20,000 bases of DNA. It comes from a bacterium (lineage in GTDB: Bacteria; J088; JAWLBW01). Location: the NCBI GenBank assembly GCA_041690355.1, contig JAWLHK010000024.1, positions 54,660 to 74,659 on the forward strand. The letters run 5' to 3'. Below the pieces are notes generated by a model, which was not told the DNA's origin, searched no databases, and saw nothing but the letters and a program-made list of their open reading frames with translations. Positions 1 through 8,246 of this stretch are shown in pieces; within the stretch, counting starts at the first letter, position 1; the number at the start of each line of letters is the position of its first letter. A program made the position numbers and the translations under genes.

Positions 1-341
1 CGGCACACGAACTCGATTCTCCCTGGCGGCTCGACGACCAGGGGACCCTGCGCGTGATTGCGCAACCCCGCACCTTCGAAGAGCTGTGCGAAATCGCCTT
101 CAGGCAACTGCGGGAGAATGCCGGACGTCAGCTGCACGTGCTCGTACGCCTGATGGAAATTTTTGAGGAGATTCTGCGCCAGTGCAGCGATGAGAGCCGA
201 CGAAGCGCCATCCGCCGGCAGGCCCGGCTGGCCTTCGACGCGGGCATGCGCGACCTGGTCGAGCCCGAAGATCGCTCCGTCCTTCGCACCGCCTATGCGC
301 GTTTGTGTTCTCCCGTACCGGTCGCGCCGAAGGAGAAATAG
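1..341 (+). CDS. DUF2254-family predicted membrane protein, C-terminal part (5' truncated by window)
   Basis: The frame is open from position 3 (AHELDSPWRLDDQGTLRVIAQPRTFEELCEIAFRQLRENAG...). The 'D..G.LRVIA..TF..L...AF.Q.R' pattern matches DUF2254 C-termini. Stop TAG at 339-341. Confidence 0.7.
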   Translation, partial: AHELDSPWRLDDQGTLRVIAQPRTFEELCEIAFRQLRENAGRQLHVLVRLMEIFEEILRQCSDESRRSAIRRQARLAFDAGMRDLVEPEDRSVLRTAYARLCSPVPVAPKEK

Positions 342-447
342 CCCGGCCCACGGATAGGCACAGACCGCGCAAGATGGCCTGTCGACGAGCCGCGACCCTC
401 GCATCGGCGCCGTCGAGGTGCGAAGGTGGCATTAGGAGGAGGCAGTT

Positions 448-663
448 ATGCGCGGATTTACCATCTTTCTCGAGGTGCTGATTCTCATCGGCGCCCTGAA
501 CTGGGGTCTGATCGGCTTCTTCGAATTCAATCTCGTCGGAGCCATCTTCGGAGAGACTCTCTCGCGGATCATCTACGCGCTCGTCGGGTTGGCGGCGCTG
601 TACGAGATCATCGCTTGGAAGCCGGTGCACAACCGACTTGCGTCGCCGGCACATGCCCGGTAG
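448..663 (+). CDS. DUF378 small membrane protein
   Basis: LILIGALNWGLIGFFEFNLVGAIFG...SRIIYALVGLAALY is the DUF378 signature. Strong SD (AGGAGGAGG) just upstream of the ATG. Confidence 0.9.
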   Translation: MRGFTIFLEVLILIGALNWGLIGFFEFNLVGAIFGETLSRIIYALVGLAALYEIIAWKPVHNRLASPAHAR

Positions 664-685
664 CGCATCGCCGGTTTAACTTCAG

Positions 686-718
686 GTGGGAACGGGCTTA
701 CCCGCTCCCACTTTTTTT
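686..718 (+). terminator. Rho-independent terminator of the DUF378 gene
   Basis: Hairpin GTGGGA-A-CGGG-CTTA-CCCG-C-TCCCAC followed by T7. Confidence 0.85.
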
Positions 719-720
719 GT

Positions 721-755
721 CTGCCGACTGCCGTCTGAAGACTGACGACTGAAAG
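721..755 (-). repeat. Degenerate heptamer tandem array (consensus TCKKCAG on the minus strand), 5 units
   Basis: Minus strand reads TAG-CTTTCAG-TCGTCAG-TCTTCAG-ACGGCAG-TCGGCAG, directly after the hydrolase stop codon. Confidence 0.8.
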
Positions 756-1964
756 CTACCGCGCGCGCACGCTCTGCAACATGGTTCCGCTCATGCGCAC
801 CATGCGCCAGTCTCCCATCGGCGTTCCCTGCCCGCTGTTGACGATCATGGCGAACGAAAGCCTGTGCTTCGGGTGGGCCCAGGCGCCCGACCCGCCGTAA
901 CCGAAGTGTCCGAACGCATGTTTCGAAACGCCGCGCGGCGTGCCGACCATGTGGTAGCCCATACGCCAGCGCATCGGGACAATGAGAACGTGATCGGGGC
1001 GGCGGCTCTGAATCTGTGTGGCGCGCTCCAGCGTCTTTTCTGAAAGCAGCCGCACGCCGTCGAGCTCGCCGCCGTTCGCCAGGCACCCGTAGAACCGGGC
1101 AAGGTCGCGCGCCGTGAACACGCCGTTCGCGGCCGGGATGCAGGCCATGATCGCGGCCGGCGACGAGAAATCGAAGCCGCCGATCCCCCGCGGCAGCAAC
1201 GCCGCCTGAAACGGCTCGAAATCACTGGGGAAACCGGCCGCCCGCAAGGCCGTACGCATCGCGGCGCCCATGAGACGCATCCGCCGGCTTACCTTTCGCT
1301 TCCCCGCACGCGGTCCCCGCTCCCGGCGGACGGGGCGAATCAGCTCGGCCACGCGCGAAACCTGATTCCCGGGCACGCCGACGTAGAAGCCGTCAAGGCC
1401 CAGCGGTTCGGCAATTTCTTCTCGCACGAAGCGGGGAAAAGGCTTTCCGGTCACCCGGCGCACGATTTCTCCGGTCAGGAACCCGTACGTGAGCGCATGG
1501 TATGCATGCCGCTCCCCCGCCGGGTGGCGCGGCCGGGCGCGAGCCAGCCGACCGATCATGCCGTCCCAATCGAGCAGGTCTTCGGCCCGATCGATAAGCG
1601 AGCGCACATCGAAGAGCCCGGCTTCGTGGGCGAGAAGGTGGCGGATGCGGATCTCCCCCTTCCCCTCCTGCGCGAACTCGGGCCAGTAGCGCGCGACCGG
1701 GTCTTCATAGTCGATGAGCCCCCGGTCGGCCAGCATGTGCACGGCGGTCGACGCGACCCCCTTCGTGGTGGAGTAGGAGACGCTCATGGTGTCGCGCTCC
1801 CACGTGTCGCCCGCCCGGTTGCGCACGCCCCCCCACAGGTCGACGACGAGCTTCCCCTGATGGTACGCGGCGATGGCCGCGCCGCCGGGGTGACTGCGGA
1901 TCTGGGCCTCGAGGGCCGGGCGCAGGAGAGAGAACCGGGGATCGAGAGTACCGTGAATGGACAT
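756..1964 (-). CDS. Serine hydrolase/esterase, class C beta-lactamase family (EstB/LipD-like)
   Basis: SxxK (YSTTKG), LLAHEAGL, YHALTYG, PAANG and FGHFGYGGS motifs. Start assigned to MSIHG (1964) because the longer ORF start overlaps the upstream gene. No signal peptide. Confidence 0.9.
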   Translation of the reverse strand: MSIHGTLDPRFSLLRPALEAQIRSHPGGAAIAAYHQGKLVVDLWGGVRNRAGDTWERDTMSVSYSTTKGVASTAVHMLADRGLIDYEDPVARYWPEFAQEGKGEIRIRHLLAHEAGLFDVRSLIDRAEDLLDWDGMIGRLARARPRHPAGERHAYHALTYGFLTGEIVRRVTGKPFPRFVREEIAEPLGLDGFYVGVPGNQVSRVAELIRPVRRERGPRAGKRKVSRRMRLMGAAMRTALRAAGFPSDFEPFQAALLPRGIGGFDFSSPAAIMACIPAANGVFTARDLARFYGCLANGGELDGVRLLSEKTLERATQIQSRRPDHVLIVPMRWRMGYHMVGTPRGVSKHAFGHFGYGGSGAWAHPKHRLSFAMIVNSGQGTPMGDWRMVRMSGTMLQSVRAR

Positions 1965-2046
1965 GCTTACATTGTCCTGGCGTTCTCCCACGGACGCAAC
2001 GGCCTGGGCGGAAGCGTGCTGCTTTGTCGCTTCGATTTTTCGCTGC

Positions 2047-2709
2047 TCAGCGGGGCGTGACCAGGATGGGGACCGCATTGCGGAGCGGATCGTCGGTCCA
2101 TACGGTAACCACCGCCATACCGGCGCCGGGTGCAGGCTTCCCCTGCACGCGGACCTGCCATCGCCCCTCGGCGACGCGACTCCACGACGCCGACAGCCAC
2201 GGCTGCGGCACGGTCACGCCCGTCACCGAGGACGCACCGAAGTTGCGGCGGACCACAGTGGTCACGGGTTCGGTTCCGCCCAGGGCAACGCTGTCGGGGA
2301 GCGCTTCGAATACGGGAACGATGTTCACGAGGTAGCGCACGGTCAATGCGGGCGAGGTCGCGCCCTCTTCATAGAGGGCGATCGTGCGTTCGAGCGGTCC
2401 CGCTAGCCCCTGGGGGTCGAGCTGCACGGCCAGGTGTTGCATGGCGCCCGGGGTGAAGCGCTTGTCCCGCAGCGAGGGGATGGAGCAGTGACATCCGGCC
2501 TCGATGCGGCCGATCACGACATCGCGGTCCGCCACGTTGCGGAGGGGAATGTAGAAGGTCGGCCGATCGGTTTCGTGTACGCGGCCCGCATGAAACGGCG
2601 CCTCCGGCTGCTCCAGGGGGCCCGCCGCAGCCGGCGCGGCCAGCGCGGCAGAGAACGCCAGACAGACGAGAACGATGTGTTTCCCTTTGCGGTCGGCGAG
2701 GTCCCGCAT
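2047..2709 (-). CDS. DUF1573-domain exported protein
   Basis: Signal peptide (IVLVCLAFSAALAAPAAA), then LRN.....V.I..IEAGCHCS with the DUF1573-type CxC, FTPG, and a further Ig-like beta-rich segment. Starts 7 nt after the TlpA stop. Confidence 0.7.
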   Translation of the reverse strand: MRDLADRKGKHIVLVCLAFSAALAAPAAAGPLEQPEAPFHAGRVHETDRPTFYIPLRNVADRDVVIGRIEAGCHCSIPSLRDKRFTPGAMQHLAVQLDPQGLAGPLERTIALYEEGATSPALTVRYLVNIVPVFEALPDSVALGGTEPVTTVVRRNFGASSVTGVTVPQPWLSASWSRVAEGRWQVRVQGKPAPGAGMAVVTVWTDDPLRNAVPILVTPR

Positions 2710-2716
2710 GAGCCGA

Positions 2717-3289
2717 TCACTTCCCCTTCTTCCGTTCCGGCGCCTTGGAGCCGAGTGCGGCATTGAGCGACTTGCGCACATGGTCCATCGGCGTCACGCC
2801 GATCAGCGGCGCGGCGGCAAGGTAGCCGTCCCGATCGAAAATGAGCGAGACGGGAAACGCGCGGCGGAACTGGTAGGCCTCCCGAAGGAGCTCGAAGTTG
2901 AACCACTCTTCATCGAGCAGCATCTGGAAGTCGAGTTTGTGCGTCCGGGCCCAGGCGCTGGCGTCGTCCTGCGAGTTGCCGACGTTCATGTAGAGAAACT
3001 GTACGGGCTTGCCCGCATATTCCTTGCGCAGCTTCTTGATGTCGGGAATCTCGTCGACACAAGCCTTGCAGGGGATCGTGAACATGATCAACATCAGCGC
3101 CTTGCGCGATTCCGGCGGCACGAACGAATTCTCGCCCAGGACCTCGCTCAGGTTGAACAGGTTCCCCTCCAGATCGACGGCGACGAGGTCGGGGGCCGGC
3201 TTGCCGCGGTCCTTTCCCGCCGCTTCGAGCGGCAGCGGAATCAGGGCGAGTGCCGAAAAGAGGACCATAGAGGAAATCAGATGTTTCAT
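2717..3289 (-). CDS. TlpA/ResA-like thiol-disulfide oxidoreductase (thioredoxin fold), exported
   Basis: Signal peptide, GKPAPDL..VDLEG, CxxC (FTIPCKACVDEIP), and cis-Pro loop FPVSLIFDRDG. The ATG overlaps the upstream stop (ATGA at 3286-3289). Confidence 0.88.
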   Translation of the reverse strand: MKHLISSMVLFSALALIPLPLEAAGKDRGKPAPDLVAVDLEGNLFNLSEVLGENSFVPPESRKALMLIMFTIPCKACVDEIPDIKKLRKEYAGKPVQFLYMNVGNSQDDASAWARTHKLDFQMLLDEEWFNFELLREAYQFRRAFPVSLIFDRDGYLAAAPLIGVTPMDHVRKSLNAALGSKAPERKKGK

Positions 3290-4797
3290 CGCCGGCGGCC
3301 TCCTTGCAGCGGGTTCAGAACAGAGTGAAAGGCGGCATCGCAGCCGCTCATGGCCACGGCCTGGCGGATGGCGAGCGTCCGATTTCCGCCGGCTCCGGAG
3401 AGTGCCGACGAGCATTGCGGATCGTCGGAGCCGAGGCGCGAGAGCTCGCGCCCGTCGACCAGGGAGACGACCTGCATCCCGAATTCCCCTTCGAACGTAT
3501 GGAGATTCGGGGTCAAGGCCGTGTCGACCGACGACTCGATCACCGAGCGCACGGCGATGCCGAAGCCGCGGCGGCGCAGTTCGGCGTTCCCCTCGTTGCC
3601 GCGCAGGCCCTTTCGGCTTCCGCGCTCGATGCGCACATACCCGGCCTGCTGCACCGTCGCGGCCAGCCGGCTCTCGATGTCGGCCTTGAGTTCGGCGGGT
3701 AGCCCCCCTTCCACGGCGGAATCGTCGACGAGCACGACGACCGGCAGGACCCGTTCACCGGGGACGACGTTTGCCGTCAGGCGCAAGGTCGGGGCCGCAA
3801 TACCCGCAGCGGAGGCCGCCTCCCCGGCGATCGTGATGACAAAGCCGGCTTCGCCCTCGTACCCGCCGTCGTCCTCGAGCTGCACGATGCCGCGGCCTCG
3901 GCTATCGGTGCGCGCCTGCGCGACCACGCGGAGGCGCGGCTCCTCGGCGCGAACCTCGAAGGGAACGCCGGCGGCGGTGAGCAGACGGCCGCCCGCATCG
4001 CGAAACCCGACGACGAACTGCGGCGGCGAATCCGATTCCACGCCGGCGGCCAGGACGAAGCGATCGCCCTCGCGGCGCACCTGGAGAGAAGACACCAGGC
4101 CGGCAAGGCGCCGGCGGGCATCTTCAACGGACTGCCGGAGTCCCGCGAGGCGCTCGGCCGGAAGCATGCCGTACTTCTCGAGAACCGTGGAGCGCTCCAC
4201 GGCTTTCGCGTAGGCAACGAATGCCGAACCCACATCACCGCGCTTCAGCGCCGCACTGGCATGCGTCAGGTCGGCCCGGGCTTCGGACGCTTCGGCGTCG
4301 ACGATCGCCCCGGTCGTGCGCTCGTAATCGGCGCGCGAAAACGGAACGCGCACCCAGACGGTCTGAAAGCGCGCGCCATTCTCTTCGTACAGTTCCCAAT
4401 AGGTTTCAAAGCGGCGCCGATCCAGCTGCAGCGTGTGCTGGCCGCCCAGCTTGAGCTCAACACGGATATCCTGGCGGCCCGTGCTGTCGGAGTCTTCCGT
4501 ATACCGGCTGTCGACCTCGACGCCGAGCCAGTGCACGATGCCGTCAACGGCCTGCGCGGTTGCCTGCCGTACGGCCTCGTCTTCCGGTCCGTTCCAGATG
4601 GACGAGCGTACGCGAACATAGTTGCTGCGCCCGACGAAGTACCCGTTCCCCTCCCCCTGCGCGGCTTCGATCCACGCCGGCCGTGGACCCGACCGTTCGA
4701 GAAGCGCGCCTCCTGCAGGCTTTCCCGTGTGCGCACAGGCAGCCAGAAGGAAAAATGCTCCCAGAGCACACGAATGATACAGGGCACGGATGGACAT
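3286..4797 (-). CDS. LPP20-like multidomain lipoprotein
   Basis: Lipobox LAA-C, then the RPAWI and YFVGRS...A...A pattern of LPP20 domains. This is followed by a helical TPR-like part, an Ig-like segment (ARTDSRGRG) and a C-terminal alpha/beta domain (IESRLAATVQQAGYVRIER) resembling CsgG/FlgT-type folds. Confidence 0.65.
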   Translation of the reverse strand: MSIRALYHSCALGAFFLLAACAHTGKPAGGALLERSGPRPAWIEAAQGEGNGYFVGRSNYVRVRSSIWNGPEDEAVRQATAQAVDGIVHWLGVEVDSRYTEDSDSTGRQDIRVELKLGGQHTLQLDRRRFETYWELYEENGARFQTVWVRVPFSRADYERTTGAIVDAEASEARADLTHASAALKRGDVGSAFVAYAKAVERSTVLEKYGMLPAERLAGLRQSVEDARRRLAGLVSSLQVRREGDRFVLAAGVESDSPPQFVVGFRDAGGRLLTAAGVPFEVRAEEPRLRVVAQARTDSRGRGIVQLEDDGGYEGEAGFVITIAGEAASAAGIAAPTLRLTANVVPGERVLPVVVLVDDSAVEGGLPAELKADIESRLAATVQQAGYVRIERGSRKGLRGNEGNAELRRRGFGIAVRSVIESSVDTALTPNLHTFEGEFGMQVVSLVDGRELSRLGSDDPQCSSALSGAGGNRTLAIRQAVAMSGCDAAFHSVLNPLQGGRRR

Positions 4798-4908
4798 GTG
4801 GACCGCCTGACGTCAAAAAAAAGAGGCCGGAAGGACGGCGGAAAACGCTCCGCGGGGCTCGATTGCCCGGGAGGGAAACGGCGCCGAAGCCCTCGGTGAA
4901 TCGAGGGA

Positions 4909-4937
4909 ATTATAGCAGCGCAGCGGGGGTGTCGCAA
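4909..4937 (-). promoter_or_regulatory. Sigma70-type promoter for the LPP20-TlpA-DUF1573 operon
   Basis: TTGCGA-N17-TATAAT on the minus strand with an extended -10 TG; a perfect TATAAT in high-GC DNA. Confidence 0.7.
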
Positions 4938-4998
4938 AGCGAGCGTCCGGTATCCTTAACGCACGGATCGGGCCGCCGCATCAGCAGATTCGCACGGT

Positions 4999-5397
4999 CT
5001 ACCGAGGTGGCCACATCTGTGCGCTCGTCCGGCGGATATTCTCGACGACCGCATCCATGCCGCACGCCGATTCGGCCGCCTGCGAACTCAGGATCGTTCC
5101 GGTCTTGAGGGACTTGACGCGCATGGTCAGCAGGCAGGTTGAACCGAGCTTTTCAAGTTCACCCTCGTTCATCAGGGCTGCATCACGAACAGACGCGTCG
5201 ACGACCTTGAGTCCCGGCAGCGCGGAAAGCTCCTGCGCCATCTCGTTCGTCAGCGCGCGGCGAAACGCCTCCAGGGCGGGGAGACCTTCGGTTATCTGAA
5301 TGTCAAAGAAGAGAAGCGTCTTCGCCTTCTCCTGGGCCCCGGCGGGGGCCGCGGCGAGAATAACGGCCACGGCAATAAGCGATAATCGCAACAACAT
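4999..5397 (-). CDS. Small exported protein: CsgG/TolB_N-like single domain, paralogue of the N-domain of 5447-7075 with an internal 28-aa deletion (possibly degenerate)
   Basis: Signal peptide MLLRLSLIAVAVILAAAPAGA. TLLFFDIQ / VRDAAL / EKLGSTC / VKSLKTG align with TLVFFDIQ / TRDALL / EKLGSQC / IKSTKTG of the upstream gene. Confidence 0.65.
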   Translation of the reverse strand: MLLRLSLIAVAVILAAAPAGAQEKAKTLLFFDIQITEGLPALEAFRRALTNEMAQELSALPGLKVVDASVRDAALMNEGELEKLGSTCLLTMRVKSLKTGTILSSQAAESACGMDAVVENIRRTSAQMWPPR

Positions 5398-5446
5398 GGA
5401 TGCACCCGTCGACACGGCGACGCCCTCTCTCATACGCGCGTGAACT

Positions 5447-7075
5447 TCAGTATTGCCCGCCAAGCCGGAGGGCGACGAAGTAGGACGTGTTACCCCCGAA
5501 GTAATAAGCGCCGACGTCGGCTCCGAGCTGCGCATAGCGAAACCAATCGAGGCCGAGGACGGCCCCGACGGCGAACGAAGTCTTCTTCTGGTACTCAGAA
5601 GCATCGCAAAACCACACTTCGATGTCGTTGCCCATGCATCTGTAAATCACGGTATCCGTGTAATCGATCAGCCCGAGACGCGCGGCTCCTCGATACCGCA
5701 GATTATTCCAGCCAAATCCGTTCAGGCCGCCTTGAAGCCCGTACCCAGAAACGCTGACATCATAGTGCATGGCGTCAAAGTACCAGCCGCCAGCAGAAAG
5801 GGACTTGTAACCGGCTTCGGCCTCGAACGATATGCTCCCGCCATCCGGCAGCCTCCGAGACCCGCCGGACTCCGTTCTTTCGACGCCGTCTTCGTTCTCA
5901 ATCTTTCGAGTATGCTTTACCTGAAGCGACGTAGGCATGAGGGCCGCACCGAAATTCGCGGCGACCCACCAGGGGCGGGCTTCGGCAAGCGGGGCAACGA
6001 TGGTCGTCGTCGAGAGAGGCATGGCAAAAACGCTCGTCACTTTCGGCCGCTGAAATCGCTTGTACACCTCGACATCGTGCCAACCCGGCCGGATCGAAAG
6101 CGTATCGGGCGTCCATCCGTCGCCGAAGAAATAGCTGCCATCCAGGGCGATGCGTGCCCCGGGCGGATTCGATACGACTTTCAGCGTAGCACTCTTTTCA
6201 AAAAGGTCGCGGTACGATTCCTCGCCATACTGTTCCCGGAAGCGGGCTGCGAGCGCCGCCTTCTGGGGCGCGGCAGAATGGGAGCTCGTGACAATCTGGA
6301 GCAGCTGCTTGATCTCCGAACGCTTCCGGTTGGCGAGTTTCTGCCACTCGGCTGCGCGCGCCCGGCCCTGGCGGACATAGGGATTTCCGATGTCAGAGTG
6401 CGCGAAAACTCGCCACGCCTGAGCTGCACCGTCGGGGTCCCGATGGCCGATGGATTCACGTCCGATAGCGAGGTTCCAGGCCGCCAACGCCTCACCGCCG
6501 GTGATACCACGGCCCGAACTGAGATCAGACATCAGCGGCTGTATCGGCGCCAGTTTCGAGCCCGGCAGAGCCACCGGCGCAGCAATCGCCTGTGGCGGCG
6601 CATCAAGGGTACTCGCAACCCGGGAGGCTGCTCCACGGACGACGTCGACCAGTGACTCGGGGTCACAGGTACTTTTCTCGTCAACCGCCGAGACGATGGC
6701 CCCCGTTTTCGTCGACTTGATGACCAGCGACAGGCCGCACTGCGAACCGAGCTTCTCAATCTGCGCCTCAGCCATCAGATTCACTCCGGGCAAGGCACGG
6801 GCCATGGCGAACCGGCATTCGGCTTTCGAGCAATCAGCAAGAGAGAACCGGCGCTGCAGCAGCAGGGCGTCGCGGGTCGCGCGATCCATCACCGTGACCG
6901 TTCCGCCGCGAGCCAGGGCATTTCCCATGGCGCTGGTAAGAAACCGCTCGGCCCCCCTGACGTCTTCCAAGGCAGAGTCCACCTGAATATCGAAAAAAAC
7001 GAGCGTCTGTCTTTCGTTCGACTGGGCGAACGCAGTTGAGGCGAGCAGAAGAAGCGCACAGGAAAGAAAACGCAT
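5447..7075 (-). CDS. Exported protein: CsgG/TolB_N-like domain + helical linker + PEGA domain + probable C-terminal outer-membrane beta-barrel
   Basis: Signal peptide MRFLSCALLLLASTAFA. PEGA motif TLKVVSNPPGARIALDG...GWTPDTLSIRPGWHDVEVYK. C-terminal amphipathic Gly/aromatic strands end in YFVALRLGGQY (beta-signal-like). Confidence 0.7.
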   Translation of the reverse strand: MRFLSCALLLLASTAFAQSNERQTLVFFDIQVDSALEDVRGAERFLTSAMGNALARGGTVTVMDRATRDALLLQRRFSLADCSKAECRFAMARALPGVNLMAEAQIEKLGSQCGLSLVIKSTKTGAIVSAVDEKSTCDPESLVDVVRGAASRVASTLDAPPQAIAAPVALPGSKLAPIQPLMSDLSSGRGITGGEALAAWNLAIGRESIGHRDPDGAAQAWRVFAHSDIGNPYVRQGRARAAEWQKLANRKRSEIKQLLQIVTSSHSAAPQKAALAARFREQYGEESYRDLFEKSATLKVVSNPPGARIALDGSYFFGDGWTPDTLSIRPGWHDVEVYKRFQRPKVTSVFAMPLSTTTIVAPLAEARPWWVAANFGAALMPTSLQVKHTRKIENEDGVERTESGGSRRLPDGGSISFEAEAGYKSLSAGGWYFDAMHYDVSVSGYGLQGGLNGFGWNNLRYRGAARLGLIDYTDTVIYRCMGNDIEVWFCDASEYQKKTSFAVGAVLGLDWFRYAQLGADVGAYYFGGNTSYFVALRLGGQY

Positions 7076-7103
7076 GTGGGGTACCAGATATATAGGATGC
7101 GAC

Positions 7104-7132
7104 ATTCTACCGGGTCGAGCGCACCTCAACAA
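7104..7132 (-). promoter_or_regulatory. Putative sigma70 promoter for the PEGA gene
   Basis: TTGTTG-N17-TAGAAT on the minus strand, about 28 nt upstream of the ATG at 7075. Confidence 0.4.
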
Positions 7133-7246
7133 AGCCGGCTCTCGGTGTTTTCAGACGTGACAAAGACTCGACGCCTTTCTGAAACGTTTTTGATTTAGGA
7201 CAAGGCCCTTGGGTAGAGTGTTGGAAACCCGAACCCTGCGTTGCTC

Positions 7247-8053
7247 ATGTTCGAACAACACGCCGCGACCGACGACGAACTCTACGGCCGCGACCCGAAG
7301 CGCATCGACTTCGCCATCAAGTGGATCGAGCGGACGCTCGTCCCCTGGCACCGCGCCGAAGTGACCGGCGTGGAGCGAATCCCCGCGGGCAAAGGGCTCT
7401 ATGTGGGGAACCACAGCGCGGGCTCGATGCTGCTCGACACGTACCTCGCCGGATGGGCCATCTACCGCCGGCGCGGCATCGAAGATATTCCCTACGCGCT
7501 CGCACACGACCTGATTCTCGACCTCCCCATCGCGCGCCAGCTCATGCGCCCCGTCGGCGCCGTGCGTGCGAACCATGAGAACGCGGCGCGTCTCTTTGCC
7601 GACGGCCACAAGCTGATCGTGTATCCGGGCGGCGAAGCCGAGACCTTCCGCAAATTCAGCGACCGCAACCGAATCCTGTTCGGCGGGCGCACCGGCTACG
7701 TCCGTCTTGCCCTGCGGCATGGCGTGCCGATCATCCCCGTCGTCGGCCAGGGGGCGCATGCGTCGTTCATGGTGCTGCACGACATGCCCGGCGTGGCCAG
7801 GGCGCTGCGCCTTGACCGGCTGCTGCGCGTGAAGACCTGGCCGCTCACGCTGAGCCTCCCCTGGGGGCTGACCCTCGGTCCCCCGCTGTTCTTTCTCCCC
7901 TTCCCCGTGAAGATCCGGGTGGAGTTTCTCGAGCCCATCCTTTTCGACCGTTCCGGCGAAGCGGCGGCGCGGGACGAGGCCTACGTGCGCGCCTGTGCCG
8001 ACCGGGTGGAGGCGGAGATGCAGGCGGCGCTGACGCGACTGGCGGCACTCTAG
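7247..8053 (+). CDS. Lysophospholipid acyltransferase family protein (PlsC/MGAT-like)
   Basis: LYVGNHSAG...D catalytic block, IVYPGG, GYVRLALRHGVPIIPV and EFLEPI motifs. Confidence 0.9.
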   Translation: MFEQHAATDDELYGRDPKRIDFAIKWIERTLVPWHRAEVTGVERIPAGKGLYVGNHSAGSMLLDTYLAGWAIYRRRGIEDIPYALAHDLILDLPIARQLMRPVGAVRANHENAARLFADGHKLIVYPGGEAETFRKFSDRNRILFGGRTGYVRLALRHGVPIIPVVGQGAHASFMVLHDMPGVARALRLDRLLRVKTWPLTLSLPWGLTLGPPLFFLPFPVKIRVEFLEPILFDRSGEAAARDEAYVRACADRVEAEMQAALTRLAAL

Positions 8054-8095
8054 TCGGCAGTCTTCAGTAGGCAATCTTCAGTCATCAGTCGGCGG
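8054..8095 (+). repeat. Degenerate heptamer tandem array (TCKKCAG), 6 units
   Basis: TAG-TCGGCAG-TCTTCAG-TAGGCAA-TCTTCAG-TCATCAG-TCGGCGG, directly after the acyltransferase stop. Confidence 0.8.
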
Positions 8096-8100
8096 GCCGG

Positions 8101-8232
8101 ATCCGTTCGTGTCGAGCCGACGTCCGGCAGCTGTGCGAACGGCGACGGCGAGACAGGCGCCCGGACAGCCATGCCCGTCCCCTCGCTGTCGCGCTCACTC
8201 TGTTACGCGCCGTCAGCTCGGGACGAACGGAT
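8101..8232. repeat. REP/MITE-like element with 22-bp imperfect terminal inverted repeats
   Basis: ATCCGTTCGTGTCGAGCCGACG (8101-8122) versus the reverse complement of 8211-8232 (ATCCGTTCGTCCCGAGCTGACG): 19/22 identical. Lies between convergent genes. Confidence 0.6.
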
Positions 8233-8246
8233 TCAGCAGACACCAG

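Noticed and set aside
756..1964. Serine hydrolases as antibiotic-resistance beta-lactamases
   Set aside because: The family fold is shared by many esterases. This one lacks a signal peptide and the KTG triad, so resistance cannot be claimed.
4921..4965. GTCGCAAAGC resembling part of a c-di-GMP-I riboswitch
   Set aside because: The upstream GGCAAA / GAAA tetraloop stem is absent. The sequence is explained as the minus-strand -35 region.
5453..6655. 400-aa antisense ORF over the PEGA gene; similar shadows at 7151-8074 and 15396-16550
   Set aside because: Fully antisense to genes with recognisable motifs, with no SD or domain signal.
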